Assembly (NCBI GenBank): GCA_051294375.1
Contig: CM119266.1
Span: 17,974,087 to 18,038,086, forward strand
DNA length: 64,000 nucleotides
Direction: 5' to 3'
Source of the DNA: Paraspadella gotoi
Taxonomy: Eukaryota > Animalia > Chaetognatha
A model generated the notes under the pieces. The model did no database searches, had not been told where the DNA came from, and saw nothing but the letters and a program-made list of their open reading frames with translations. How positions within the stretch are numbered: the stretch's first letter is position 1; each line of letters opens with the position of its first letter. This document shows positions 38,821 through 52,039 of this stretch, one piece after another. The position numbers and the translations under genes were made by a program.

Positions 38821-41800
38821 ATGAGCGAGGAAGCGTCGACAGCACCCTGCCCGGAAATGTCTCGTCAGAATCTCCTAGATGCTTTGGTGGACGAATCCAA
38901 GGGCGACTCGAGCATCCTCGACCTCGAAGGCGGCGACGACCTCCTGGACGACGACGACGACCCCTCTCGTCCGCGCCGGCGTCATCTCCAGTTCAAAGGC
39001 TCGACGGCGCGCTTGACGTCGACGCCGGGCGCCCCCTCGCCACCGCGGCTCGACGCCAACGCCAACAAGGTCATGAACCTGACCTTCGGCCTCGGAGTGG
39101 GCTGCGGCGCCGAGGAAGAGTTGGATGCGGGGCTGATCGATGTCACCTTCGACGCGGGAGTCGGAAAGGCGGAAAGCCAAGTCGAGGACGAAGCTAAAGA
39201 AAATCATAATCCGAAGTGAGTAGTAGTTGTTGTTCTTTGCTGCTTTTATTGGTCATGTGCTCGTTATAACTTACGAGGTTAATCTCATTTAAGATCATAT
39301 TTCTTCAATCTTCACAACTTTGCATTGCTCTGAAGAAGGCTTGTTGTATAAAAGTTAAAACGTGTTCGTTTTTGAAGTTTTTTTACTTTTTAGTAAACAA
39401 TTAAAAAACTTACCGTTCTAACTTCAACGAAGAAAAAGCTATCGCTTACCAAGCAGTAACATGTGATTTTTTCACTTGGTAATTTTCGGCTCAGTTGCAT
39501 CTTCGTCGTTTTCGACTTCGTCGTATGTCTTTTTTTAGTCGGAAGTTAAAAGTTTCCCTCTTCGATCTTCTATCGTTTAAGGTTCGTAAAGAGTTGGGTA
39601 ACTGGAAATCAGATGGACGTGACCGACCTGCGTCGATGCCTCGAGGACCTGAGGGGCGATTCTCCCGTGCCACGTCTGCCCAAGATGAAGACTCGGATCG
39701 GTAAGGCGAAGGGTGATTGGTGATAGTGAATGTGGGTGGATTGTGGGTGTGGTAGATGCCATAGGTTTTCAAATTTGATAATCTGAAACGGGGAGGCCTC
39801 TCGCTCGACAAGTAAGGGGCTGCGGCTTTTCCTGACCCTTTGCTCCTGATTCATGGAAACGAGACAAGACGGACATGGAAAACGGGACTGAAACTTCTGG
39901 TTGGGACGGGGACTTTTGACTTGAGCCATAGAACCCTTTGGAAGAAGCTTTTCTTCTGCCATAATTTAAAGTTGGCAATAAGTATACATATTACATATTT
40001 AATATTTATCTGCTAGTGCTGAAGTATCATGTACAGAAGGCTTTTGAAAACTACTGAATAGAATTTAATGAATTTTTGCATGCGGAGTAACAGTATCGAG
40101 GCGAATTTTTTTACATTCCACCCCTAAGCTGAGATAAGGGGCCCTGAGGGGGCAGCCCCTGAGGGCCACAAATGGTCAAAGATTTTTTTTCAAATTTTTT
40201 TATTATTTTGTTTTAAACAGTTGGACAGACGTTTACTCTTTCACAAAAACGTATTTATTACCTCAAAAATATTCATTTACCTTAATTTTTAGCTTCATGA
40301 ACATCAGCAGTTAAAGTCAGATTAGGAATAATTTGGGGAAATTGGAAGTAAAACGATGAACCATGCATCTTCAACCATGCAATTATTCAATTATTGCAAA
40401 TTTATCAATTTTAGTTCTAAAATGTTTTTTTCTTATGTTTAAAACGTCAATGCACCTGATGCTACTAAAAAAAAAAAAATTTGCATTTTTTGGCCCCCCA
40501 GGGGTCCACCCCCAGGGCCCTGTATCTCTTGTCAGGGGTTGAATATCGAAATTCGACTCGATAGTTCCATTTATATAGTCATTTATTAAATTCGATTCGG
40601 TAGTTTGGTGGGAACAGATTCTGGTCACAAAAAAAGGGGTACTACATTTTATAATATGAAGCCTTCTGTATGACGGGAGAGAAAGATCAACAGATTATCA
40701 AATCTAACGCAGGACCTTCGACGATGGAATTGATGTCGATGGCCAATTTCGATGACATCGTCGAAGCCGGAGTCGCAGGCGTCGTCATCACCAAAGGCCT
40801 CGTCAACGACATCGACCAAAGACTCGTGAGTCGGAATGAGTACCGTTACATTCATTCGTTTCATTGGAAAAAGTTGATGTCATTTCAATCCATTCTCCAT
40901 ATTAATAATTCAATATTTTTTATTTGTCAAATACGTTATTTTTTATTTTAAGGCGAAACTTCGCGAATTTCCTCATAAGGACATCGAAGATGAGGCACTC
41001 GACATTTACCCGTCGTCTCAAGACGAATGGTAAGGATGGGGACATGAATTGGTGGTAGATTTGTGACGAATATATGAAAAAAATGCGGCGAATTGAAGGC
41101 AAATCTGTGAGGAATTCGTCAGAAATGGTGTTTGTCTTGCGGAGAAAGCCTTTTAATTTAAATGTCTCTTCAACCCAGCGACGAAGACGATGAGCTACTA
41201 CTAACGCCGATCGTTGCTCCCGAAGTCGAATCACCGCCGCTCAGGTTTCGTCAGAGGCGAGGAACTTTCGTTATAGTCGAAGACGATGAAGAAAAAGGAG
41301 ACGAAAATCGTGACGGCAAAGTGGTTGATGACGCCGATGACGTCCCAGTTCGTATCTGTTTTACATCGCTGATTGCGCGAATGTCTCTACATGGCGGGCC
41401 AAAATTGAACACTCTTTATAACATCTGGTTCACTCAAAAAAAAAAAAAAAACAAAAAAAAAATCCCTAATTTTTCACTTTTTTAATTTAAATATTTTTTA
41501 TTTTAAAATAAATTTTATTAAAAAAATTACATAAAAATATTTTATATTGATATAAATTATTTAATTTTTAATTTGTATGAACTGAGTGCATTAATAAAAA
41601 GAAATAAACAAATATTAAAAAATATATAAAAATTGATAAAAATATGCTAATTAATTTGATATTTAAATTCTATTATTTGAAATTTTGAGCGATTGAATCA
41701 TTAAGCCAGAACAAAATGGTTGATATTTATTCAATAATTTAATATTAAATCAATTTAAAAAGTATTATGAAAAAGGTAAATATATAATTTTAAAAATATT

Positions 41801-44049
41801 TACTCATTATAAAGGTAGTTTCTTACTTTCCTGCATCTAAAGAAAATATTTAAAATATTATTTAATCAATATTAGCAGAAAAAATTATTTGATTATCGCA
41901 ACGAATTTTATTATTAAGCAGACATGTTTCGAACAGTAGTTCTGTTCTTCTTCAGTGCATAAACATTTTTAAAATTACAAATTGGTGAGGTTCACAAATT
42001 GAGTTAAGAGAGAGAGAGTGTGTTTAAAGCTTCCAACATAGATTTGAGGGAAGGGTAAGTTAGATGGAGAGGACAGCTGAGGGATAGAGGTGAAAGGAAA
42101 TGAATGGTCAAATAGAGAGAATAACAGATGCAGACTGCAGAGGTAATAAATTAAGAGTTTACATTTAAACAATGTATAACCAATTTAAATGAGAAATAAA
42201 TTGCTAATGAGATAAACAAAAACAGAAACTTGAACTTTATACTAAATATGTGAAATAGAATGAAAGTGAAATTTAATTTGAAATTAGGAAGCTCAAAGTG
42301 AACTGATCCCCTACCCCTTTAAATGGCCGTCAGGTGAGGGTCAGTGGCAGATTAGGATTGGTCATTGGGATGGTCATTAGCCTGTGACTGGGAAGTATCC
42401 GGGATAAGACCGAGAGCAACCCTTATGTCGACCAAGCCTGAGTTCACCCCTGCAACCTACCCTCTCCTCTGCTGAGGAGGCGGACCTGGTCCCCTTCTTG
42501 CCTGGGTGGGCGCCCGGGGTGAGGAGAGTCATCCCGATTCCCGAGTTGCTACAGCTGAGGATGCGGAGAGGAGCCATGAAGAATCCCGGTTCCATTTGGA
42601 ACCATAAATTGATTAATCTTTTTTTAAAAAAATATAATTTTTATGTATAATTCAATAACGAAAAATCGTAAAAAGTTGGGAGAGGTCTCAAATTAAAGCT
42701 TATGTTTTGTAGATAATGATAGACATAAAAATTCAAATTGTAAGCACACACACAAAAATAATGAATAAATATTTTTTCTAAATTTTTTTAAAATTTAACA
42801 GTTCATAGCTTCTGAACAAAACTAAAAAACTAATACCTATTTACGCCAATAGAAAGTACAAAGTTTACTCTAGTGGATTTTGTCGGTTTTATACTTTATT
42901 TTACATTATTTTCAAAGTTATAAAGGGAAAATAAAAAAAATGTAACTTAAAGATGCCGAGAATTCGGTTTTTTAAACATCAATAATTGGAAAAGTATTTT
43001 TTGTATTTTTAAGAATAAAGTATGTAAAATGTTTTTGCAAATTTTGAAGAGTTGCAAGCACTTATTGATCGATTTAAAAAAAAAGATAAAAAAAAAATAG
43101 TAGCATATAAGGGACTAATTTGTACTATAGTGCTAAATTCGGTAAAAAAGTTTTAAAAATTTGCTAAGGCCTAGTGGGCAATAGACCTACGTTTAGACTA
43201 TTTTATGTTAAAATATCAGCTCATTGGACGTAAAAATAGAAGAATTATTTCATCCCTGGAAAAAGGACACTCTACGCTTCGAGTACTATATATATTTGAG
43301 AGAACTTCTAGTTTTCAACCTGTTCCGGCCTAATACATATATCTCTCTGTCTCCTCCATTCATTTATTCAAAACCTCCCCAAACAAATCCCTCCTCTTTC
43401 TTCAGGCTCTGAGTCTGACGGTCGAGAAGCAAAAACCCTCGATCGTCCACAAATCGGGGACCTTAAATCCCAAGAGACTGGACCTACCCTCCGGCGACGT
43501 GGAGCGTCCGCCCGTCTGCCCCAAGCGCATCCTCAACGAGACCTTCGACGGCGCCGCCAATGATGAAGACGCCACCGAAGACTGTCAAGGCGTTGACCTC
43601 AACTCGACGCGGACGATTGCTCCGTCATCGTCCCCGTCCGTCCAACCACGCCTTGAGCGCCTTCCTCGTTCCAGAGTTTCCAGCGGCGCCGATGGCGTGG
43701 CGCGTTTCTGCGCCGCCGCAGCTGCGTCGACCTCGAGGGTCGCCGCCGACGCCGCCGAGGGTTCTTCCGAAACTTCAATTTCCCGTTCCGCCAACGCAAA
43801 ACCCCCGCGCTCGTCCTTTGGCGTCAAGGGATCCGCCGGGACCGCTACCGTAATTAAAGGACGCGCTTCGCTTCCATCGGGGCGTGGACGGGCTGCCGCA
43901 GCTCCGACGGTGGGAGATCCATCTTCGTTGTCGTTGATTTCCAAGAGAATCAACCGAGCGAAACCGAAGATGATTTCGCCGCCAAAGAAGATGAGAGTCA
44001 GCGACGACGGAGACGCCCTTGACATGATGGAGACCGCGTCAGTGGCAAG
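38821..44049 (+). CDS. Unknown low-complexity/disordered protein; exons 38821-39215, 39582-39700, 40713-40826, 40953-41029, 41179-41347, 43406-44049; terminal exon uncertain (44357-44363 or 48027-48042)
   Basis: Phase-consistent GT-AG exons with the local GC-rich exon signature; no domain recognised. Confidence 0.75.
39330..39368 (+). ncRNA. Decayed hammerhead-like motif
   Basis: CTGAAGA-a-ggctt-gttgtataa-aagtt-AAAA-cgtgt-t; GAAA mutated and stem I absent. Confidence 0.35.
40034..40668. mobile_element. Copy of the CAGAAGGC-TIR MITE
   Basis: TA|cagaaggc...gccttctg|TA; body similar to 26406-27040. Confidence 0.85.
41918..41958 (-). ncRNA. Intact minimal type I hammerhead ribozyme
   Basis: Minus strand gca-CTGAAGA-a-gaacag-aacta-ctgttc-GAAA-catgt-C-tgc: stem I gca/tgc, 6-bp stem II, palindromic ACATGT, GUC cleavage triplet. 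Confidence 0.85.
42300..42608. mobile_element. Terminal fragment of a related DIRS-like element
   Basis: Ends in ccatgaagaatcccggttccatttggaaccataaa, nearly identical to the right extension of the element at 49240-51673. Confidence 0.6.
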
Positions 44050-44550
44050 GTGAGTTGGCACTGTAGCAATTTTATTTTTTTTATCGTCGCAATCGCGGCA
44101 ATAAGTGGCGTCGTCGTTGTCGGCGTTCCAAATTATAGATCGCCTTTTTTATGATTAAATTTGGGTGTATGAAGCTGAAAATTTATATACAGCTTCTCAT
44201 CATCGATGTGCTTAAAATTGAGTCTGGACAGTTATTAAATATGTTTTGTTTACGTTTTATCATAAAAACAAATTTTATTTCTTATATTTTCTTATTTCTT
44301 TCTCTCTCTCTTTTCTCTTTTAATTATATGTCTCTCTCCCTCTCTCTTTTCCCTAGTCACTGATTCATAAACAAAGGGGAAAAAAACGAGTCTGCAGCTG
44401 GCTCTGCAGGGGCGTATTCTTTTTCTCTTTTCTCCTGCTGCTTCTGCTGCTGCCTTTTGATTTCTTTATCTGCAGCTGGCTCTGTAGTGGCTTTTTCTTT
44501 TCTCTCTTTTCTACTGCTGCTTCTGCTGCTGCCTTTTTGATTTATTTCTT

Positions 44551-44608
<58 letters not shown>

Positions 44609-45933
44609 GAATAATTTTTTCCCTATAAAAACTTTTATTATCGCCATTTATTCCCAAATTTACATCCGAGATTTTCGTGGATTTTTTTTCCTAAATATTT
44701 TAAATATCAATCAGAATAATATTTTTTTTCAATATATATTTATTACTTTATTATTTTATTTTACTTTACTTCATTTTACTTCACCTTAGTCTTTACTTCA
44801 CTTCGTCAGTCTGATTCAAGTTTCACTTTGTCTTTTGTCTGGGAATGTTGACAGCATTCAATCAAACTGCTCGCTTATGCGGGCTAAAAGTAAAACAAAA
44901 GTACCTTCAATAATGTTTCTCCAGACTTAGCACTTGCTTAAAATTATACTTGAAAATAAGTTATTTTGCTGTTTTATATTTATTATTCTTTTTTTTTTCT
45001 GTTTATAAATTAATTTTCTTTCTAAAATTTGATTTTTTGAGTGTCAAATTTTTTCGTCAATCCTGTTTTTTCTTATGTAGGACTAAGCTCTGACGAAAAA
45101 AGCCAGAGGTTTTTTTAATATATTCTTTTACCGGCCAATGTAGAATAATGGCAATATTGCTATTGTTAAGTTTCAAAAAAATCCGTTCATAAATATAGAA
45201 AATATTAACACAAAATCTTCGGAAAATCCACCCCTTCATTGGAAGATTTTCGCCATAGAAGAATTTTCCCGAATCTGACTCCCGGTTGAAAACTCTTAGA
45301 ATTCCGATCGTAAGCTCCTCTTTTACTTTTACTTTAAATAAAAATTTCACCAAAATGGACTAATTCACTTTTCCATGATCGTTTCATATTAAAATAACTA
45401 AATAAAATGTAAAGAAAAATTTTGAGAGCCCTTCAGACATATGGCTATCGGATTTCTGTATTCGAAGTTTATTGTAAAATCACAACATGCCTTAAATGCG
45501 TTTAATATTGTAATGAAGTTGAGAAATCCCTTTATTTTATATAGAAAAATTAAGATGAAATTTTTTTCCTGAGCAGACCAGTCCATTTAAATCTGATGGT
45601 TTGATGTCAAAATGATGGTTAATCATAAAGAGAAAAAAAATGCGAGCCCTTCAGATGCAACAGGATCTGAATCGAGTCTTTTTACATCAATGTTTCATCG
45701 GAACTTTTCCCAGGACCGTTTATATTGTTTTGTAGTCAGATTTGAACGAAAATCTCCATTGAAAAAATCTTCCTCGATCTCTAAAACGACGTCGACTCCT
45801 ATCTTATGCGATTGCGACGATCCTTATGCTTTTAAGATTTTTTTTGATATATTCTTGTACCAGCCGATGTAGAATGATGATTTTTCTTTGAGCCTTTCCA
45901 GCTATTTACTATTGTTACTAGTAATTCGGAATA

Positions 45934-47070
45934 GGGGTAATTTGGAACACTGACACTTAAAATTAAGTAAAAAAAATTTGTACCAAAATTTTAAAATTTT
46001 TTTAGATATTTGACCAACTGAAGAGACAGTGATTATTGATATATGTTAATGACAGAACCGTTTAATATAAGCAGTCCCTGAGCTTCGGATCAGGCTGTAA
46101 CACCGAGTTACAGGCGGGTTAAGCGCCCCGTCCCTCTTAACTGCTAGGCGGCCACCGGGCTAGAACCCCGGACCTTTGGGTTGGTAGGCGAATGACTTGC
46201 CTCCGGCACCAATGGCCGCTGATGAACGGTTGGTGGATTTTAGTCCACCATACAACTTTACTTTCCAATTCCAAGACTACTAGTCAATTTTTGTCTTTTA
46301 GTAGTTTTCAAGCCTCGGTCACAGTCATATTTGGGGTAATGATTATGGAATATTAATATAAGATAGACGAGACTACTAATTTTTATTTATGCAAATTGAC
46401 CAAATTATATCAGTTGACCAAATATTGCAAGTTGACCAAATATTGCAAGTTTGTATTGGCGCAGCTACTGATAATGATTGATAGATTAATTGATTCATAG
46501 GTTTTTTTATAGATTTCTTAAAAAGAATGTTATGATTTGTAATATTACGATTCGTTAAGATCACATATTGAAAGTTGCTTAATTATCATAGGCAGATCCG
46601 ACATTGTTTGCTCAAACTTGTTTATCTATTGTTATTGAATAATTTTTCAAAAGTGAGAACATGGTATTAAAAATCATTTTAAGCACTTCTAAATATAATA
46701 TTTTTAATTTTTTATATATAAAACATTAATGAACATCTATGAATATCTATGAATATCTATTTATAATTTTTAATGAATTTATTTATAATGAATATCTATG
46801 AATATCTATTTATAATTTATTTATAATGAATATCTATGAATATCTATTTATAATTTTTTGTAATATTATAAAAAATTATATGTTCCGAATTACCCCAGGG
46901 TGGGGTAATTCGGAACACTTTTCAATTTAAAAAAAAAGAGAAAGAGAAAAACGACTGCATCAACCACAGTGGGGACACTTTTCTAGATATATCACAGGAA
47001 AATTTTTTTTGCAAAATATATTTACCTTGCAAAAAATTTGATTACTTCAAAAAGTGTTCCGAATTACCCC
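45934..47070. mobile_element. MITE-like element (GGGGTAATT.GGAACACT TIRs) with nested insertions
   Basis: ggggtaatttggaacact...agtgttccgaattacccc. Confidence 0.65.
46060..46219 (-). mobile_element. tRNA-derived SINE (72-nt tRNA-like head at 46219-46148 plus structured body)
   Basis: Acceptor stem GCGGCCA/TGGCCGC, A box TGGTGCCGGAGG, B box GGTTCTAGCCC; anticodon stem mispaired. Confidence 0.7.
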
Positions 47071-47263
47071 GCACTACCTACTTGTTTGTTTCATTTTGAC
47101 GGTCTTATTGAGTGCAAATGCAAAGTTTTATTGGTAAAAGTAATTTTAACAGTCAAATAATTTTAACACTTGAAACCGAAAGCGAGTCATTTTTTTAAAA
47201 ACAAATTGCGTTAAAAAACAACCAAAAGTCGTGGTCGCTCCTCATATTTGGTTGTGCACGGTT

Positions 47264-47479
47264 TCATCCTAAACACAACAGGCAGCAGCAGCATATGACG
47301 CAAAACGGCATGCCCGTGCAGCAGCACATGCACATCTTATTGCATTAATTGAAAAAAAAAAAAATTAGTATTGAATCTACAATGCAATAGTAAAAGATTT
47401 TACTTACTATAAACCATATAGTGACAATTCCTAGACCTCCTTCATTATGGCTGTGATGTGTTTCTTGTTGTATGACCAC
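47264..47479 (-). CDS. Cys-rich transmembrane (CYSTM-like) terminal cassette, copy A; exons 47479-47408 and 47335-47264
   Basis: CAG|VVIQQETHHSHNEGGLGIVTIWFI|GTAAGT...AAG|MCMCCCTGMPFCVICCCCLLCLG*; AATAAA on the minus strand near 47127-47132. Confidence 0.75.
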
Positions 47480-49239
47480 CTGTAGTCATGGGGTTTATTA
47501 TTTGCTTTGCCTTTAAGATGAATCTCTAAATAAAAACTTTTTAAAAATGGTTCACAAAGATTTTTGGGGCTTTCAGTTAAAAAAAAATATTAAGATAATT
47601 ATTAACTTAAAAAACTATTAAAATCTATAAAATATTTTTTTTACCATGATTAAAATAGGTTATCCTTAAAAAATAGTAAAATATGATTTGTAAATATTAA
47701 AAAAAAATTTAGATATTTTAGCTCAACACCCCTGGCTTGAGCTAAAAACTAATATTTTTTGTTTATGAATGTTTTAAAAACAGTTAAATATGATAATTAA
47801 CTTGATTAAAAATTATTTTATTAAAAAATTAACTTAAAAATATTTTGGCTCAACACCCCTGGCTTGGGCGAAAAAGTATTTTTTAGATCAAATTTTCTTG
47901 GTTAAAAAGAGCTTAGTTTGAGCAAACAATGTCGGATCTGCCAACAATTATTAGCGGTTAAAGTTAGTTAATTAAAGTTAATTAACTAGGCAATTAATTA
48001 ATTTGATCCAAAATGTTTGTTTTTAGGTTTTTTCGTCACTGACCACGTCAAAAGCAACGACAACGATGACAATAATGCCAATAACGATTGACTTGATTGA
48101 TTGATTAATTAAATAATTAATTGATTAATTGAATAACTGATTAATTATTGACTGATTAATACATCTTGCATTTATATTTAATATAAAAAGAAAAAACACA
48201 ATCAATTAGTGAAATAGGTTTTTTCCATTTAAACTCATTTCCACTCGGATGATTCCATCGAAATCCTATCCACATAAAAAATTTCAAGTCAATCTCTCCA
48301 TCCACTCGAGTAATTGGCGTTCAAATAGTGAAAGATTTTTTTGTTTTTTTCATAGTTTTTTTATTTAAACTCATTTCTACTCGCACGATTCCATCAAAAC
48401 TTTATATCCAGCTCAATCACACACTTCCCTACCCACACACAAAATTTCATTTCAATCCATCCATCCAAACACGAGTAATTGGAGTTTTTTACAAAGGTAA
48501 GACAGACGGACATCATATTTTTTTTTGCATAATTAATCATAATTCGATGTTCTGACATGATATAAGTGAATGCCCGACATGATTGAGGGGGCGGACCGAC
48601 GGACCGTCAAAGTGGATTATAGAGTCGGGATCTGCTGTAAGAAGATCCGACTAAAAAACATTGATAACGTTAAAAAAAAATTTTTTAAATTTTTTTTTCT
48701 TAGGGGTCACCTTGACTCCAATAATTGATTTTCCTAGAGTATAGGAATAAAACCCTTTGAGATTAATAATGTATGTTTTAAACCTTTTTTCTCTTGCAGT
48801 ATAATAATGGCTTTTTTATCAAATTATTATGCAGTCCAAATAATATTATAATATTTTTTATTTGAAGTTAATATGAATTGAGACAGGCTTTCAAATCTTT
48901 TATGATAATATTCATGAACAAGAACGGAAATTCAAATGTGAGTTGCGCAACAGTGACTTTCTTAGTCTGTGTATGTTTGACGCGCACTGCATCAGAATCT
49001 TGTCCTTTATTCTTTAAAGTTTTAGTATTTCCAAAAGGTGGCGCTAGCTGTCACATTTTTTGTCTTAACAAATCAGCAACCAACTATAAGTGAGTTATGA
49101 GCATTTTTAATATAAGTAGGACAGACTGACGGACTGACATACCTAAAGACCGACTGACCGACGGAAAAGTGACTGCAGCGCAACTATAAATTTTAAGTTT
49201 TGGTTCCAAACCCCTTTTTCTATAGTTCGAAATATTTAG

Positions 49240-51673
49240 TTCTATCATGTAGTTCTTCCCCACCAACAAAGTGAGCATCTGCTCTGCAAACGCGACATCT
49301 CCCGAGAGAAAAACGAAGAGGAAACCTCCTCTTCCCCGCCTTCTTTTCCCCCTCCCGTACGCTACCTCAGTATGCCGACACGAGACAGAATCACTTCTTC
49401 TGTTCGCGCTTTTGCGCTCACAGTCTCCCGGCTTTTTTCAAAAATATTTTTGATTATTTTGTTGAATAATTCTGCATATTTTTTCGTTTCTCTTTTTATT
49501 TTGGAGTTTAGAATACAGATATTCTTCAACACGTGGCGGTTTGAAGTTCTCTCTTCGCGACCGCCATCTTGTCTTCGTTGTGCGTGGCTTCGGAGGGAAG
49601 AGCCTTGACTCGGCCCTCTCGCTTGCCCTCGACGCACCCTGCGCGGCTGCGGGGGGAAGAGCTGTGACTCGGCCCTCTTGTTTGCCCAGTGCGCACAGTA
49701 CGGCTGCAGGGGGGAAGAACTATGTTTTCGGCCCCCTTGTTTGTCCAGTACTCTCCATTTTTTTTGGACTGAGGCGCGTGTTTTTCAACTCGACTACCCT
49801 CATGTCTCTTCCGCCACCGCCTCCACCGCCAGCCATTCCGGGCTGTTCTGATCGGGTCGAAGTCATGCCCTCTCAGATGGAGGCAGTTCTTCTCCAAATT
49901 AGCAACGCTCTCTCTTGCGTTCGTCGCGAATTTAAGGAGTTTCGCCGCTCGTCTCGTTCCGAGTTGGAGAGTCTTCGGCGGTGAGTTCTCTCTTTTCGTT
50001 TTTGTTTTTTTCGCCTTTTTTTGGCGTACATTCGGCGTACAGAGGGGTTTTCCTCCTGTGCCCCACCTAACTCGACTTTGTTTGTTTGTTTTTTGTCGGG
50101 CCTTCACCTGGTCTTGTTACAGGCTCACTTTGTTGGTGGGGAAGAACTACATGATAGAATTTGTGGTTCCAGATGGAACCGGGATTCTTCATGGTTCTTC
50201 CCCACCAACAACCACCCACCGTCCACCCCTGGCACCACCGGTGGTGGAGGGCGGCTCAGGCTCGCTTGTCTTGTTTGGTGGGGTGTTTTTCGGGGTTTTT
50301 TTTTGAGACTGTCATTTTTCAATGATCTCTTTTTTTTCCATGTACGTTTTCTTCATGGTTCTTGGACGCCTCTGTTCGCCATTTCGCCGTTCTTCGTTGA
50401 TCTTCGTTTGTACGCCAGCGACTTGGAGTCTTCGCGTTCTTTGGCTGCCTCTTCGGCGGCGGATCGGCCTTCACGCTCCGAGAGGGTGACTGTGTCACGC
50501 CTTCCTCGTCGAGCCCCATCTGCGCGAGTCGACGACGACGCCTCCGTTTCCGGATCAGAGGAGGGTTCCTCCTCTGAAGAGTCTGCTGAGGGGTTTGACA
50601 ACTTCTTGTCTCGTCGTGCTTCTGTACAGCCTTCGGAGTGGGTCCTACAGCAGTGGAGGGACTTGCGCAGAGTTGGCCAGGACGACGTTCTTTTACCGTC
50701 GTGGGAAGTGCTTTCCGCCAATACGCGTTTCCGGTGCTGGTCGGATGTCTCTTCGCCAGCGGATTTTCGTCCTCCTGCTCAAGAGAGTTGCCTTGCCGCT
50801 CAGTTCGACGCCGTTCGAAGGACTCCAAGACGACGCGCGCTTTCAAGGCTTTTGAGCGCATCATGAGGGATGCCGGAGCGTCGCTCATGCTGTCCTTTCT
50901 GTCGCTGACGCTCTCCGCCTCATGGTTGAGGCCCTTCGCTCGGAGGGGCCCGGTGCAGTGGACGCAGGCCACCTTGACGATCTTGCCAAGCCCTTGGAGA
51001 CGCCTCGTCGGGTTTGGCGGCGATTTTTGGTTTGGCCCTCTCCGAGTCTCGGCGCTGCCCCTTCGGATCTCAAGACAGTTCTGTCCAGTTCTCCGCCCTC
51101 CACGTCGTTCTTTTTGGAGACCGCTCCACGACGTCACTCAAGCGTTCCATTCTTCGCTTCTCCGCTCCGGGGCGCCACACAATTGCGCCTGTTCTGCTAG
51201 CGCAAGCGTGGGCGTGGCAGTCCGCGTAGTCCCGCTCGCCGTCCCTACCGGCCTCGCAAGTCTTCGCGCCTCCCAAGCGTAGGGGGGGGCTCCAGGGACG
51301 TCTAAGGACGCTGACTGATCGCCCGACAGCTCTTTCGGCCGTTGCCTCGTCCGGCCGTCAGTTTCTCCAGACCCGGTTTTCTCCATGGACTGGTTTTTTT
51401 GCGTTTCTCATCCCCCCTTCTACGACGTCGGTCAAGTGGGCGTGGCGCTTCACCGGAAGTCTTCGGGGATTCCCCCCTCTTGGTTTGCTTGGTTACGAGT
51501 GATTCTGTCTCGTGTCGGCGTACTGAGGTAGCGTACGGGAGGGGGAAGAGAAGGCGGGGAAGAGGAGGTTTCCTCTTCGTTTTTCTCTCGGGAGATGTCG
51601 CGTTTGCAGAGCAGATGCTCACTTTGGTGGTGGGAAGAACCATGAAGAATCCCGGTTCCATCTGGAACACAAA
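49240..51673 (+). mobile_element. Non-autonomous DIRS-like element with ITRs and internal complementary region
   Basis: ITRs at 49252-49395 and 51498-51640. Internal 50123-50210 is the reverse complement of the left end joined by TTT to the reverse complement of the right extension. No RT/RNase H/tyrosine recombinase motif seen. Orientation uncertain. Confidence 0.8.
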
Positions 51674-52039
51674 ATTCTCAAAAGAATAGTCGCATTCCTT
51701 AATGATTGAAATATTTTAATCAATAATTTGAACCTTTTTTGTCTATAGTGGTAGTTTTCACGCAATCTTTAACTTTTGTCTTTAGGACTAGCTTTGTTTT
51801 GATGCTCCTGTATGTACTGAATCAACCTTGGGCCTGTTCAGCTGCTTTTGTTTGCTTCATTTTGATGGTCTTATTGAGTTCAAATGCAAAGTTTTATTGA
51901 TGAAAGTAATTTTAACAGTCAAATAATTTTAACATTCAAAAACTGAAAGTCCTTTGAGCTCGAGTCATTTTGTTCTTTATATTGTGTTAAAAAATAACCA
52001 AAAGTTGTGGACGATTCTCATATAATGTTGTGCATGGTT

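Noticed and set aside
46148-46219. Functional tRNA-Gly(ACC) gene
   Set aside because: Anticodon stem is mispaired, no T-run terminator follows, and it continues into a SINE-like body.
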